This document shows positions 12,005-24,234 of a DNA stretch of 64,000 nucleotides, one piece after another. Origin of the DNA: Leucoraja ocellata (Eukaryota); contig JAWMAR010000056.1 of assembly GCA_036785375.1 (NCBI GenBank), positions 4,526,001 through 4,590,000 of the forward strand. Direction: 5' to 3'. Position 1 is the first letter of the stretch. Each line of letters opens with the position of its first letter. The notes under the pieces are model-generated. The model saw only the letters and a program-made list of their open reading frames with translations. It had not been told where the DNA came from and searched no databases. The translations under genes were made by a program, and so were the position numbers.

Positions 12005-12620
12005 GTTTGCGGGCTGTGGACATTGCCGGCATTTGCTGCCCACCCCTGTCCTTCCTTCAACTGAGTGGCTTACCAAGTCATCTTAATTCATAAATTCACA
12101 AGGTCTGGGAGCAGAATTGGGCCATTCGGCCCATCAAGTCTACAAAACCGTTCAATCGCGGCTGAGCTATCCTTTCCCTCTCAACCCCATTCTCCTGCCT
12201 TCTCCCCATAACCCCCTCACACCCATTACTGATCAAGAATCTACCATTCCCCGCCTTTAAAAATATCCATTGACTTGGCCTCCACTGAGGTCTGTGGCAG
12301 TGAATTCCACAGGGTCACCACCCTCCAACTAAGGAAATTCCTCCACATCTCCTTTCTCAGAAGACGATGAAGTCAAACAAAATACACTGGATATGAAGCT
12401 GCATTGAACGAGACCAGGCAGGGACAGCAGTTTTCATTCATTAATGGACGTTAGTGAGCCAGATGAGGTTTAAAGAGCAGCCCTGCAGTTTCATAGTCAT
12501 GATTAGTTTATTTAATTCCAGATTTGCGTAATGAACTGATTGTAAATTGCTGAGCTTTCATGGTGGGATATTGAACTCGTGCCTCCAGGTCATTAATCTA
12601 GGCCTCTGGATTATAAATGC
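12005..12620 (-). mobile_element. Old tRNA-type SINE remnant split by a CR1 fragment (about 12086-12360)
   Basis: The blocks caactgagtggctt..ggacgttagtgagccagatg..ggtgggatattgaactc..aggcctctggatta resemble a common shark SINE (recall). It starts about 35 nt after the gli2 donor. Confidence 0.5.
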
Positions 12621-12834
12621 AGACAGGTATCTGCTGGGAACCTGCACTATTTACATGAGAACCTGTACTGAATCACCCCCTCAAAATGTACAGAAAAAAA
12701 ATAGTACTCTCATTCAGATGTGATAATGGCATTTAAGGGGCCGTGACAGGGGCGCATGGATATGCAGAGAATGGAGGAGTATGGATTATGTTTGGCATGG
12801 GGGGGTTAGTTTACCTTGGCATCCTGTTCACCAT

Positions 12835-13350
12835 GGCGTTGTGTTCAGTTCTGGGCACCATGTTGTCGGAAAGACGTCAAGCTGGAAAGGGTACAGTGAA
12901 GATTTACGAGGGTGTTGCCAGGACTCGAGGGTCTGAGCTATTGGCAGAGGTTGAGTAGGCTAGGACTCTATTCCTTGGAGGATGAGGGTGATCTTATAGA
13001 GCTGTATAAAATCATGAGAGGAATAGATCGGGTAGATGCGCGGAGGCTCTTGCCCAGAGTAGGTGAATCGAGGACCAGAGGACATAGGTTTATGGTGAAG
13101 GGGGATTGATTTAATAGGAATCTGAGGGGTGATGGGTGTATGGAACAAGCTGGTGATGGGCGTATGGAACAAGCTGCTAGTGGAGGTAGTTGAGGCAGCG
13201 ACTATCTCAACGTTTAAGAAACAGCCAGATAGGACAGTTTTAGAGGGATATGGACCAAACAAGGGCAGGTGGGACTAGTGTAGCTGGGACATGTTGGCCG
13301 GTGTGGGCCAGTTGGGCTGAAGGACTTGTTTCCACGCTGTGTGACTCTAT
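12835..13350 (+). mobile_element. CR1 LINE 3' fragment (tail type resembling the SINE tail)
   Basis: LPGLEGLSY..LGLYSLE..GDLIELYKIMRGIDRV and a tail gggctgaaggacttgtttccacgctgtgtgactctatg. Similar pieces at about 17326-17600, 20700-21005, 25395-25510 and 27900-28240 (-). Confidence 0.88.
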
Positions 13351-14397
13351 GTTCAGCACGGCCATTGGGGGCCGAAGGGGCTGTTACTGTTCTGTACTGT
13401 CCTCTGTTTCATGTTCTGTTTATCCAGCACATGCCCTATTTATTAGACAGGAAACAGCCAGAAGCTGCCAGAGTGCGAGGCAGTACTGAAGGGGAGTTGT
13501 GTTGAGTATAAACACTAACGTGGGCTGCAAGGGCGAAAACACATGTTTCTGGATTATTTATTTTCTGTACAGTTTAATGAATGGTGTGCTCGAATACAGG
13601 TTGCAATTTGGCATCGCTCGTTTCTCTGAGGAATCCTCTGTCTGCGCAACGGGTTCATGTTTGACCCAAGTGGGCGGAGTATTGAAGAAGGTGGATTTCT
13701 GGTCCCAGTGCAGTCACCATCCGGCGACGGACTTTACTCCTGTGGGTTGCCAATCAGCTGAGTCCTGCTGAGATTAAAGGCAACAAAACCAAATGATGCT
13801 AACTTCATGGCTAACATTTTGTATTCACGTCTAGGTTTCCCGGATTCCACATGATTATGGAGTAGTAATTTTGAATTCTCTTTTAAGCAGAGGTAATTGC
13901 GTAAGGCATGTATTTATTTATTCCAGATCCTATAGAATGGGATAGGTTTTGTACGCATTGCACTCAGAGTTTGCTCTTGACTTGGGAAAAAAAACCCAAA
14001 CACTATAAACAACCCAGCGCTGTATATATTGTTTGTTTGGGCCTGGTTTCATGCCAGCGATGAAGTGAATCATCTGAAGCTTTTGGCCAGCTGTGAGCTG
14101 GAAAAGTTGTTACTTCCTGATATACACTTGAAAGGATGTTAATCTTTGGAAATGTTCTTGATTTTGGGATGACCCCTTTTCCCTCAGAGAGCGTGCAGAA
14201 TGTTTTCTTTGGTGGGAACGGCAAAAGAGCTCAGCCTAAACATCTCTTTGGAGACCGGGCTTGGTCATCATGTCTTGTAACCATGTGAACAATGTAACAA
14301 TGATGTGGTTGACTGATGTCGGGAAGCAGTCATTCATTTCTCTTTGCCTGTTTCGCAACCCCCTTGTAGTTATCTCAACTAATACAGTACCTTAGCG

Positions 14398-14585
14398 TGG
14401 AGAAACTCAGCGGGTGCAGCAGCATCTATGGAGCGAAGGAAATGGGCAATGTTTTGTGCCGAAACCCTTCTTCAGACCCAAAACGTTGCCTATTTCCTTC
14501 GCTCCATAGATGCTGCTGCACCCGCTGAGTTTCTCCAGCATTTTTGTGTGCCTTCGATTTTCCAGCATCTGCAGTTCCTTCTTAA
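14398..14585. repeat. Foldback (inverted) pair of Penelope-derived terminal repeats
   Basis: Arms 14398-14455 and 14479-14537 are complementary with two G-U pairs. The remains of the hammerhead core lie in the loop. Confidence 0.85.
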
Positions 14586-15805
14586 CCAGCACTTTAGCAT
14601 GGCAGCTTATTATCGAATTTCCATTACAAAGGAAAAAAAAAACCCTCTTTGGAAGAACTCAGTGATTCAAGCAGCTTCCGTGGGGGGAAGAAAGGAATTG
14701 TTGATACTACTGTTCGAGGATCTGGGTCAGGACCCAGTATTTAAGGTCCAGCAGTTTGTGTTTTGCTCCAGATTCCAGCATCCACAGTCTCCTGCATTTC
14801 CATATTCTGTTACAACATAGAAGGAAGCCACTTCAGCCTGCTCGCATTCGTCCCAAATTTTCGCCCTATAAACTATTATTCCCACCAACCTGCCCCATAT
14901 TGTACCCAACAGCGACACACTAGGGGCCGACCGATCCACACGTCTTTGGGATGTGGGAGTAAACTGGAGCACATGGAGAAACAGATGTCGACACGGGGAG
15001 AACAAGCAATCTCTGAGACAGCTGCCGAGGGGATGCTTGAACCTGCGCAGTTTGAGTTGAGAGTAGCATCGACTAACTATACCACAGTTCCATCATGTTG
15101 GAACAGACAGGGCTTTCTTCGTTGCATCTGTTTTGGACAGGTATGGGTATAGTGAAGATTATGTTCCTCTCTATGCTATTTCTGGAATAGTGAATTCTCT
15201 GCTAGGATACTGAAAGGCTTGGATAGAGTGGACGTGGAGACGATGTTTCCACTAGTGGGAGAGCCTACGACTAGAGGTCATAGCCTGAGAGGTCAAAGGA
15301 CGTTCTTTTCGGAAGATGAGGGGGAATTCATTCAGTCAGAAGGTGGTGAATCTGTGGAATTCCTCGCCCCAGAAGGCTGTGGAGGCCAAGTCATTAGATA
15401 TATTTAAGGCAGAGATAGATAGATTCTTGACGAGTAAGGGGGTCAGAGGTTATGGGGAGAAGGCAGGTGAATGGGGTCCTTCAGTCTGAAGTTTTTTTGT
15501 GTCTATCTCCAGTTTAAACCAGCATCCGTAGTTCCTTCCTACAATATTTCAGTGCCATTGTGCTGAAATGAATCTGCCCACCCCCACAGGTAGCAAATCT
15601 CAGACCACAATCAGGCTTGGCCAGGTCGGTGGTTGGGCGAGCTCCACCTCCCTGCTTGAGTGCAACCCCGGGTGCTCATCCATTGAGGAAAAGGCAGCCC
15701 AATTGTGTGGCATGCCATCCCAAACTGAACCATTCACTCCTCCACTATTGGTACACAGTGGCTGCAGTGCGCAGCATTCCAGTTCTTTACCTAGGCTTTC
15801 TTGCA

Positions 15806-16395
15806 AACGGGATGTAATGCTGAGGCTCTATAAGGTGTTGGCCAGGCCATATTTGGAGCGCTGTGAGCAAATATGGGCCCCATATCTGAGGAAGGATGTG
15901 CTGTTTCTGGAGAGGGTCCAGAGGAGGTTTACAAGAATGATTCCAGAAATGAGTGGATTAGCATATGATGAGCGTTTGACAGCACTGGGCCTCTACTCGC
16001 TGGAGTTTGGAAGGTTGAGCCGGGACCTCATTCAAACATACAGAATGATGAAAGGCATAGATAGAGAGGATGTGGAAAGGATGTTTCCACAGATGGGAGA
16101 GTAGCACCAGAGTTCAAACCCTCAGAATTAGAGGGCACTCTTTTAGAAAGGAGGTGAGGAGGAACTTCTTTAGTCAGAGGGTAGTTAATCTGTGAAACTC
16201 ATTGCCACAGAGGGTTGTGGAGGTCAAGTCAGTGGATATTTTTAAGGCAGAGTTAGACATATTCTTGATTAGAACAGGTGTCAAGGGTTACGGGGAGAAG
16301 GCAGGACAATGTGATTAGGAGGCATAGATCAGCCATGATTGAGTGGCAGAGTAGACTCGATGGGCCGAATGGCCTCATTCTTCTCCTATAACTTG
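15806..16395 (+). mobile_element. CR1 LINE 3' fragment
   Basis: DVMLRLYKVLARPYLE..LERVQRRFTRMIP plus a 3' UTR ending gggccgaatggcct. Confidence 0.92.
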
Positions 16396-16845
16396 TGTGA
16401 GGCTCATCTATTGAAGACAAGACAGCCCACTTGTGCAGCATGCCATTCCAAACCTAAACATTCATTCCTCCACTATGGGTACACAGTGGCTGCAATGTGT
16501 AGCGCTTCAGTTATTTGCTCTTAGGTCTTTCTTGCAACGGCACTTCTAAAGCTGTTGCATCTGGAGGTTCTCTTCCAAGCCACACCTTATGCTGATTTAG
16601 AAATATATCACTAATCCCTCACTGTGTCTAAGCCTAAATCCTGCAACTCCCATGCTATCGACACTCTTTTGCCTCGTGTCCGGCCATCTTCCATAGCACG
16701 TCTTTCCGGTCGGTCAGTGACGGTTGACGGTCGGTGGTTGCAGAATTGGCTGCTTTAGTCGATCACTGTGGTACAGTTTCTGTCGTCAGCATTGCCCGGG
16801 AAGCGCCACGTGGAGGCTTCTGCTTGCATCCCACTATCGACATCG

Positions 16846-17192
16846 AAACATAGAAACATAGAAACATAGAAAATAGGTGCAGGAGTAGGCCATTCGGCCC
16901 TTCGAGCCTGCACCGCCATTCACTATGATCATGGCTGATCATCCAACTCGGTATCCCATCCCTCCATACCCCCTGATCCCTTTAGCCACAAGGGCCACAT
17001 CTAACTCCCTCTTAAATATAGCCAATGAACTGGCCTCAACTACCTTCTGTGGCAGAGAATTCCAGAGATTCACCACTCTCTGTGTAAAAAATGATTTTCT
17101 CATCTTGGTCCTAAAAAACTTTCCTCTTATCCTTAAACTGTGACCCATAGTTATTGACTTCCCCAACATCGGGAATAATCTTCCTGCACCTA
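16846..17192 (-). mobile_element. Young CR1 subfamily with a (TTTCTATG)n tail
   Basis: Near-identical copies at about 9467-9754(-), 19354-19589(+), 34639-34725(+), 43600-43932(-), 44478-44527(+) and 55322-55416(-). Related copies at 5987-6350(-) and 46885-47175(-). Confidence 0.92.
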
Positions 17193-18119
17193 GGAAGAAA
17201 GACAGCACCGGTTTAAGACTTCCAACACTGCCTCCTCAAGTGCATTTAAGGACCACTTGCTGGCCTGGCAAGTGGTCCAGATGCCCATAAATTAATATAA
17301 ATACTAAAACAATTGACCAAATTATCCTTTAAGGTGAGGGGGGGAAAGAATTAATGGGAACCTGAGTGGTTACTTTTTTTTTTACACAAAGGGTGGTGGG
17401 TGTATGGAACAAGCTGCCGGAGGAGGTAGTTGAGGCTGGGACTATCGCAACATTTAAGAAACATTTACGCAGGTGCATGGATCGGATGGGTGTAGAGGGA
17501 CATAGGCTAAAAGCAGGCAGGTGGGACTAGTGTAGGTGGGACATGTTGGTCGGTGTGGGCAAGTTGGGCCAAAGGGCCTGCTTCCACACTGTATGACTAT
17601 AACTAATGTTTTAATGGCACAATAAGTCCCATATTTATTTTTTTCAACTTTTGTCAGCCCCCTCTCTCTCTGCCTATCTAATACCTTGGAATATATTTGC
17701 CCTTCCAATCATGCTGTATCCCTGACACTCTAACAATCGCACATCCCAGATTTCTAACATTTCCCATCACACTTCAGACGCTTCTCAACTCTCCATTGGC
17801 CATAAATGAGGCCTGATCTCGACACCGCAATCATACCTCCACTCTTGGCCGTCTTCCTTCCCAAGGTTCCACCCGTCCCCTGACCCTTCCTTGCCTGTAG
17901 TTTCCCCCGCTGCTCCAGTCCTGCAATGCAGAGCTCCTCCTCCTCCACCCCAGCCCCAGACTCTGCTTGTCCATCACGCCATAGCCCTGTCTACCTTTGC
18001 TTTCTCCGTGCGTTACTCCCATACAATCGGCATTTTTGTTTGCCTCCCTCACCCGTAGCCTAACCTCTGGACCCATGCCCAACTTAGGGGCAACACCAAG
18101 TCCCGGGTTAGATCGTGAC

Positions 18120-18388
18120 CAGTTGCTGCCTTACAGCACCCGAGGCCCGGGTTCGATCCTGACTACGGGTGCTGTCTGTGCGGATGTTTGTACATTCTCG
18201 CCGTGAACGCGTGGGATTTTTCTGGGCGCTGTGGTTTCCTCCCACATTCCAAAGACGTGCGTGCAGGTTTGTAGATTAACTGGCTTCGTAAATTGTCTCT
18301 AATGTGTAGGCTTAGATAGGGTGACCGTTGGTTGGCGCGGACTCAACGGCCTGTTTCCACGCGCTATCTCTAAAAACTAAAACTAAAT
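18120..18388 (+). mobile_element. V-SINE (HE1-like)
   Basis: B box, V-domain and tail present. A similar + copy lies at about 20100-20365. Confidence 0.85.
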
Positions 18389-19269
18389 TATATATAGGTT
18401 GACCAGGCTATAACACTAGATCCATCTCTAATTAGACTTCCTACATCATTGACAGAATGATGGGGCTTCTAATCACTAGATAATTTCAATCAGTCCTCCC
18501 TACTACAGCTACCTGATAGATTGCTGGCACCAAAGGTCATGCACCACAACAGACTTCACCGTGTTGCTACCTTAATTAAACGCAATTGGAAGCTGATTTC
18601 CTCCTTTAATAATGTTTCAAAAAATGGATTATTTTTGGAAAGTAAAAAAGAAACCAAGCGGTGGGTCATGTGGGTTTATGTTTTTTGATCAGCACTTATT
18701 ATTTTTATCATGTTTGAAGATGTCAGATGAGAAATGATAAAAGTCTGGTGTAATAAAGTTTAAAGAGTCAGTCGTTCTGAATTCAGGACCAAATCCGCTG
18801 ACCATTATGTAAAAAATAGTAATGAATTACTCGATTGGCCGGCTTGCAGTAAAATTGTATCCTAATCCAAGAAAATGCATACAATCTCCCCGAATGTGTT
18901 GCAGGTGCTGATTGAAAGGCATCTTTGAAGTGGAAATTTGAATCCTTTTTTTCTCTCTTAACTTTTTTCGTTTTGATGTTCTAATGAAGAGCCTGCTAGC
19001 CTGACCCATCGAGGTAATGACTAGTACTTGATTGATCATAAGAAAGGGGTTTCGGGAACTGCTGGAGAGCAGCAGGCTTTCTTTACAAAAGAAGAATTTA
19101 ACAAGTGAAGCTGGCAGGTTATTAAGTGTGCACACATTTTATTTATTACATCTTTGCGCTTGTTGCGGCTGCCACACACATCCGTGTAATAGTGACAGGC
19201 ATGCACGCTGCAGAGCTAGTCGTTGCTTGCAGTGCTCTTTGACGTATTTCTGAGGGGCATAAGGTGTTC

Positions 19270-19870
19270 AGCTCAGTTTAGTTTATTGTCACCTGTGCCG
19301 AGGTACAGTGAAAAGCTTTTGCAGCGTGCTAACCAGTCAATAGAAAGACAATAGAGTGGTGAATCTCTGGAACTCTCTGCCACAGAGGGTAGTTGAGGCC
19401 AGTTCATTGGCTATATTTAAGAGGGAGTTAGATGTGGCCCTTCTGGCTAAGGGGATCAGGGGGTATGGAGAGAAGGCAGGTACGGGATACTGAGTTGGAT
19501 GATCAGCCATGATCATATTGAATGGCGGTGCAGGCTCGAAGGGCCGAATGGCCTACTCCTGCACCTAATTTCTATGTTTCTATGTTTCTAATACATGATT
19601 ACAATCGAGCCATTTACAGTGTATAGATACATGATAAGGGAATAACGTTTTGTGCAAGGTAAATCCAGTAAAGTCCAATCAAAGATAGTCTGAGGGTCAA
19701 CAAAGAAGTAGATAGTAGTTCAGCACTGCGCCCTGGTTGTGGTCGGATGATTCAGTTGCCTAATAACAGCTGGGAAGAAACTGTCCCCGAATCTGGTGGT
19801 GTGCGTTTTCACACTTGTATACATGTTGCTTTACGGGAGTGGGGAGAAGAGGGAATAGCCAGGGTGCGAC
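19270..19870 (-). mobile_element. Rex1/Babar-type LINE 3' fragment containing a CR1 insertion (19354-19589, AATA duplication)
   Basis: A GYSLLSPL..RFGDSFFPAVIRQLN-type end and the tail ttcactgtacctcggcacaggtgacaataaactaaac. Other copies at about 2056-2328(-), 35335-35612(+), 41070-41385(+), 52310-52570(+), 53060-53480(-), 54360-54680(+) and 63020-63290(-). Confidence 0.8.
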
Positions 19871-21305
19871 TCGGTAAACACCTCCCTTGGTACAGGATCA
19901 AGTGGTCACTGTGGTAGCTCTGCTGCTGGAAAGCCCAATGGACAATCTGCCAAAAATTGATGTTTTGCTCTTTTTCTGGGAAAACTACACTACCGTGTGG
20001 CGAAAAAAAATCCGTGGAGATTCAAATCATTTGCTTTCAATTCAAATGAAACAAGGACATCACTGGCAGAGCCAGCATTTTTCATCTATCCCATTACTGG
20101 AGTGGCATAGTGGTAGCGTTGTTGCCTTACAGTGCCAGGTCCGATCCTGACTACGGGTGCTGTCCGCACAGAGTTCGTACGTTCTCCCTGTAACCGCATG
20201 GGTTTTCTCCGTGTGCTCCGGTTTCCTCTCACGCTGCAAAAACGTACAGGTTTGTAGGTTCATTGACTTCTGTAAATTTTCCGTAGGATGGTGCTAGTAT
20301 ATGGGGTGACCGCTGATTGGTGCAAACTCGATGGGCCAAAGGGCCTGTTTTGCACTGTATCTCTAGAAAGTGAACTGAGGAAATAGATCCGCGTAAATTG
20401 ATAGGTCTACAGTTACACCTACATGCAACAGCAAAGAAGGATAAGCAATCTTCTTACGCGGGAAGGAACTGCAGATGCTAGTTTAAACCGAAGATAGACA
20501 CAAAATGCTGGAGTAATTCAGCGAGTCAGGCAGCATCTCTGGAGAAAAGGCTGACGTTTTGGGTTGAGACCCATCTTCGGACCTGATCTTTCATGACAAT
20601 TCAACTGTGTCACAATCATCATTACTGAGCTTAACTTCTCATTACACAGTTGTTTAGTTACGTGAACTTGGCACAGGGAGCATTGGCAGTCAGAAACTTT
20701 TTCCAAGGATGGAAGTATCAAATACAAGACGGCATAGCTTTAAGGTATGAGGTGCAAAGTTTAAAGAAGATGTGTGGAGCAAGTTGGATTACACAGAGGG
20801 TGGCGAGTGCCTGGAATGCGCTGCTGAGGGTGGGAGGTAGATATGACAGTGGCATTTAAGAGAATTTTGATTAGGGCATGGATTTGCAGGGAATGGAGGG
20901 ATATGGATTATGTGCATGCAGATATGAGTCGGTCTTGGCATTAGTTCGGCACTGATATTGTGGACCAAATGGCCTATTCCTATGCTGTACTGTTCTATAT
21001 TCTATATCATATGAATTCCCCTGGCCACTGTGATGGAATTTATATTCATTTCCTAGATTAATGAACCAAGGCTCAAAACACTAGTTTAATAATGTTACCT
21101 CAATTCATCCATATCCATTGAATGGCTCCAAGACATTTTCCCTCCCTATGTCGCAAGTAGGGATTCTGTTCACAATTGTCATACTATAACTATGGTTGTT
21201 AGTTTCAATAGTATAACACACTCAAAATTGCTTCACACACTTCACTGATGACAACTAGATTCTGAGCCAATAATAGAAGAAAGAGGTTTGCCCTTTTCCT
21301 TTTGA

Positions 21306-21603
21306 GTTTAGTTTAGTTTAGAGATATAGCGCGGTAACAGGCCCTTCAGTCCACCAAGTCCGTACCGACCAGCGATCCCCGCACATTAACTCCTATCCTA
21401 CACACACTAGGGACAATTTTGCATTCTGCCAAGCCAATTAACCTACAAACCTGTACGTCTTTGGAGTGTGGGAGGAAACCGAAGATCTCGGAGAAAACCC
21501 ACGCAGGTCACAGGGAAACATACAAACTCCTTGCATACAGCACTCATAGTCAGGATCGGGGCTCTGGTGCTGTAAGGCAGCAACTACCGCTGCGCCACCG
21601 TGC
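21306..21603 (-). mobile_element. V-SINE (HE1-like)
   Basis: Colinear with the other copies. Further - copies at about 23727-24017, 37780-38100, 39388-39652, 47395-47662 and 57015-57311. Confidence 0.88.
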
Positions 21604-22942
21604 ATTGTAACCAATATGAAAGGTTGTTGGTTTTTAAATCAGTGCATGATACTCTTCCTCTTAACGTAGCACATGATATTTCCAATGAAAGATATAAGCT
21701 GTGTTAGTACAAAGTACACTTGATGTTCAGTAAGGGAACAGCAAATTCTCGGTCCAGACAGCACTGGCAAAGCTCACATTGACAGATTAATTTCAATCAC
21801 TAATGAAAATTGGTTATTCCTCTAAACATATTAAGAATTACCTCCTCGTGACCCTCCTGGAGGGCTGGGGCCACATTCCTGGGTTTAAATGACACAGTCT
21901 TACCAGGTTTCAGTCGATTCTATAGATGTGCACACAGTCATTGAACACACACTGATAAATTAATCCTGAAAAAGATCACTCAAAGGCCACCCCCACCCAA
22001 CCTAAAGAAAACTCTTTTACTGATTCAATATTTCAATCCGAGTCTTTTTAAATGTGGTCAGGGCAAACAACAATTTTGCAATTGCAGAGACATAAATATC
22101 TTGTCATGTATTTGGTGAAGAGAATAAAATATGCATGAAGACTTTTTCCACTTCACTTCTGTCCTGAAGGATGTGGGTGCTCTCAAATATTGTTAAAATA
22201 CAACCTTATTACCTTCATGTCACAGTGTAATTTACTATTACAGTGTTTCTCAGGCTGCAGATGCAGAATGAGAACGTGTTCACTGCTCTGTTCCTTCAGT
22301 CATTTCAGCACCTCTCCGGCAGTCAGCTGCTATTATATCAGGGTTAGTTTACTTTCTTGTCCATTGTAATTTATTTGCACCAATTTGCTCACTATCAAAG
22401 GACACACATATTGTTCAGTTTTAATGTGTTATTTACACATAAAACAACCTATTTACAACTGTGAAAGTGCCGCGGGGAGAATGAATGGTCTTCTGCTCCC
22501 ACCTATCTGTTATATCGGAGTTTAACAATCTGTTTTGCTAATAGAATCATTTATCACACTGCGGTAATTTATTGTGCGTTAGCTGTACGGGTCTCTTTCC
22601 CTCTGATCAAAAGAAACAGAATAGGTTTAATGAACTCAAGAACATTGTTTAACCCATTGCATGACTCAATTCTGCCAGATGAAAATTTATGATTATTATA
22701 TTTGCAGGGTGGGAGGAGAAGGAAGTACAAATTAATGACATATGCTTGAATTTTAATACTTTTGAGTTGAATTTATTTTTGTTATAAGCCCCTATCCTAT
22801 ATTGAGGCAGTACAAATCGTTTGGTAATAAATTCTAATTGTCTTAAAATAATCAAAGATATTGGCCAGGTCAAGAAAAATGTTGAAGACAATTGGGAGAA
22901 TTGTTGGAAGTGCCGGCTATTCATCAAAGACTTTTCCTTCAC

Positions 22943-23125
22943 GTTACAATACAACAATACAATACAATACAATACAATTTATTTGTCGTTTGGACCCCGT
23001 TGAGGTCCAAACGAAATGTCGTTTCTGCAGTCATACATACAAAACGAAAAAGACCCAAGACACAACACAATTTACACAAACATCCTTCACAGCGCATCTT
23101 CTCCTCGCTGTGAAGGAAGGCAAGG
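22943..23125 (-). mobile_element. 3' end of a related non-autonomous retroelement with a (TTGTA)n tail
   Basis: It shares the tgccttcc-hairpin-ggatgttt block with 50144-50193 and ends in a stem-loop plus aataaa. Confidence 0.6.
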
Positions 23126-24234
23126 TTACAACTGTGAATCGTGGCTGGAGTTTTCATCAAATGCATTCTTCTCTGCAACCATCTTGTCTAATAAAACAAT
23201 ATTTAAAAACTCATAAATGAAACGTTAAAAAAAAAGACAAAATTGCAGGGCGGCACAATGGAGCAACTGGTGTAGCCGTTGCCTCACAGTGCCAGAGAAC
23301 CCGTGCTCCAGAAATTCATAGTTGAGATTATTGTTGCATAGTCTTCAAGAGTCTCATGGTTGTTGGGAAGAAGCCTTTCTTGAAGGAGTTTTTCAGGCTC
23401 CTGTGCCTTCTTCCTGATGGTAGTAGCAAAATGAGAGCATGGTCAGGGTCTTTTATGATATTGGGTGCCTTTTTGAGGTGCTGCCTCTTATAGATGTCTT
23501 TAGTGGTGGGGTGGTCAGTCCCTGAGATTCACTCAGATTTACCAGCAGTTAACCGAATAACTGGAGCCATGAAGTCCAAATATTTGGCACATAGCGCAAC
23601 AACTAAATCTGCTGCCCTGCAGCTCTAGAGACCCTGGGTTCTAGACTGACCTCAGGTGCAGATTGTGTGGAGTTTGCACGCACACTGAATTTCCTTCGGG
23701 TGCCTCTCACATCCCGAAAGCATAAGATTTTAGAAATACAGGCACTTCAGCCCGTCGAGCCGCCACTGACCAATGATCATCCCCGTACACTAACACTATT
23801 TTACATATTTGGGACAATTCACAATTTTTTCCGAAGCCAATTAACCTATAAACCTGTACGTCTTTGGAATGCGGGATGAAACTAGAGTTCCTGGAGAAAA
23901 CCCACGTGATCACGGTGAGAACATACAAACTCTGTACTGACAGCATCCGTAATCAGGATCGTACGCAGGTCTCTGGCGTGCAGGGCATAAAATCTACCGC
24001 TGCACCACCGTGCTGCCCCAAACGATGGTGGGATAATTGGCCACTGTAAATGGCCCCGGTGTATTGTCAAATGGTGAATTCTGGGACATTTGATGAGAAT
24101 GTGGGCATTATAGGATTAATGTAGGGTTCGTGTAAATAGGCAGCTGATGTCAATGGGAGGACAGGCCTGTTTCCGTGCCGCAAGTCTCTATAATTCTCTG
24201 TGACTCTAAAGCAGCATGGATCTCTGTATATCTC

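Noticed and set aside
11806-12093. 95-aa ORF overlapping the exon (RFRLLNYDQLPWQPK...)
   Set aside because: It is an alternative frame with a non-ATG start that runs into intron sequence. The other frame matches GLI2.
13571-13771. Possible alternative gli2 exon after ttttctgtacag
   Set aside because: No GLI-like peptide in the frames I read, no convincing donor and no transcript evidence.
15568-16104. 178-aa ORF as a gene
   Set aside because: It is a chance fusion of old repeat sequence with a CR1 ORF2 fragment.
23505-23516. GLI-binding-like GGGGTGGTC (autoregulation)
   Set aside because: It is an imperfect match to GACCACCCA and lies inside a decayed LINE fragment.
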